Shown here: piece after piece, positions 63,568 through 64,000 of the stretch
Position numbering within the stretch: the stretch's first letter is position 1
How the letters are laid out: each line of letters starts with the position of its first letter
Origin: Phoronis australis
Lineage: Eukaryota; Animalia; Phoronida
Direction of reading: 5' to 3'
NCBI GenBank assembly: GCA_002633005.1
Contig: NMRA01000412.1
Coordinates: forward strand, 200,614-264,613
Length of the DNA: 64,000 nucleotides
The notes under the pieces: generated by a model
The model's input: the letters and a program-made list of their open reading frames with translations, nothing else
The model's database searches: none
What the model was told of the DNA's origin: nothing
Made by a program: the position numbers and the translations under genes

Positions 63568-64000
63568 GTACCGTACGTCCTGGTCATCTAAATGGACACT
63601 CTAACTCTACTATGGATGCCGTGGCAATGACGCCCGATGTATCATTTGGACTCCCACTGTCAATCAGAATTTCTCTAGCCCTCTGCTGACACCTGAAATT
63701 CTCTCAACTCTACTAGATATTGTGCACTTTTCCCCAACTCTTCATGTCAAAATTGGTACTACCCATCATAACTTTCAATGTGTCAGATGGAATGTATAGT
63801 TTGGCATTTGACTGAGAGCATTATCAAAAGCCAGCATGGCGTGGTAATCTGTTTAGAGCGTGTTCCAACGTTTAGAGTACTTGTGAAGCACGTCATTGTG
63901 ATTTTCTTCCTCATATTTTGTTCATTTTGACCAAGGAATGATATGTTCGCAAGTTATATTACATGTCACCTTCAGTGATGGGATATTTGCTAGGTGTTTA

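Overview
AT-rich, intron- and repeat-rich eukaryotic DNA from a draft assembly (529-N gap at 5547-6075, single Ns at 37674 and 52918), most likely a marine invertebrate bilaterian (inference from gene and repeat content). Three protein genes could be reconstructed by hand: (1) an intronless minus-strand gene for a ~481-aa secreted PAN/apple + Thr-rich linker + six-bladed tectonin-like propeller protein (10215-11660); (2) an 11-exon plus-strand calbindin-32/Cbp53E-like hexa-EF-hand gene (22909-42531, 302 aa); (3) a 10-exon minus-strand XNDC1-like gene (60796-48450, 614 aa) with an XRCC1-type N-terminal domain, a possible DEK_C-like helical domain, a SUMO-interacting motif and a C-terminal UBZ4 zinc finger. 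The rest is mostly transposon debris: a deleted Academ-like element, piggyBac- and Kolobok-like TTAA elements, 5-bp-TSD hAT-like MITEs, Harbinger-like MITEs, foldbacks, a tRNA-SINE, and THAP and Penelope-like relics. The most unusual element is a ~520-bp miniature LTR retrotransposon (TRIM) at 63049-63567 whose two LTRs each carry a tRNA-derived Pol III promoter cassette. All calls were made by eye, with no database searches; most short ORFs in the supplied track are spurious.
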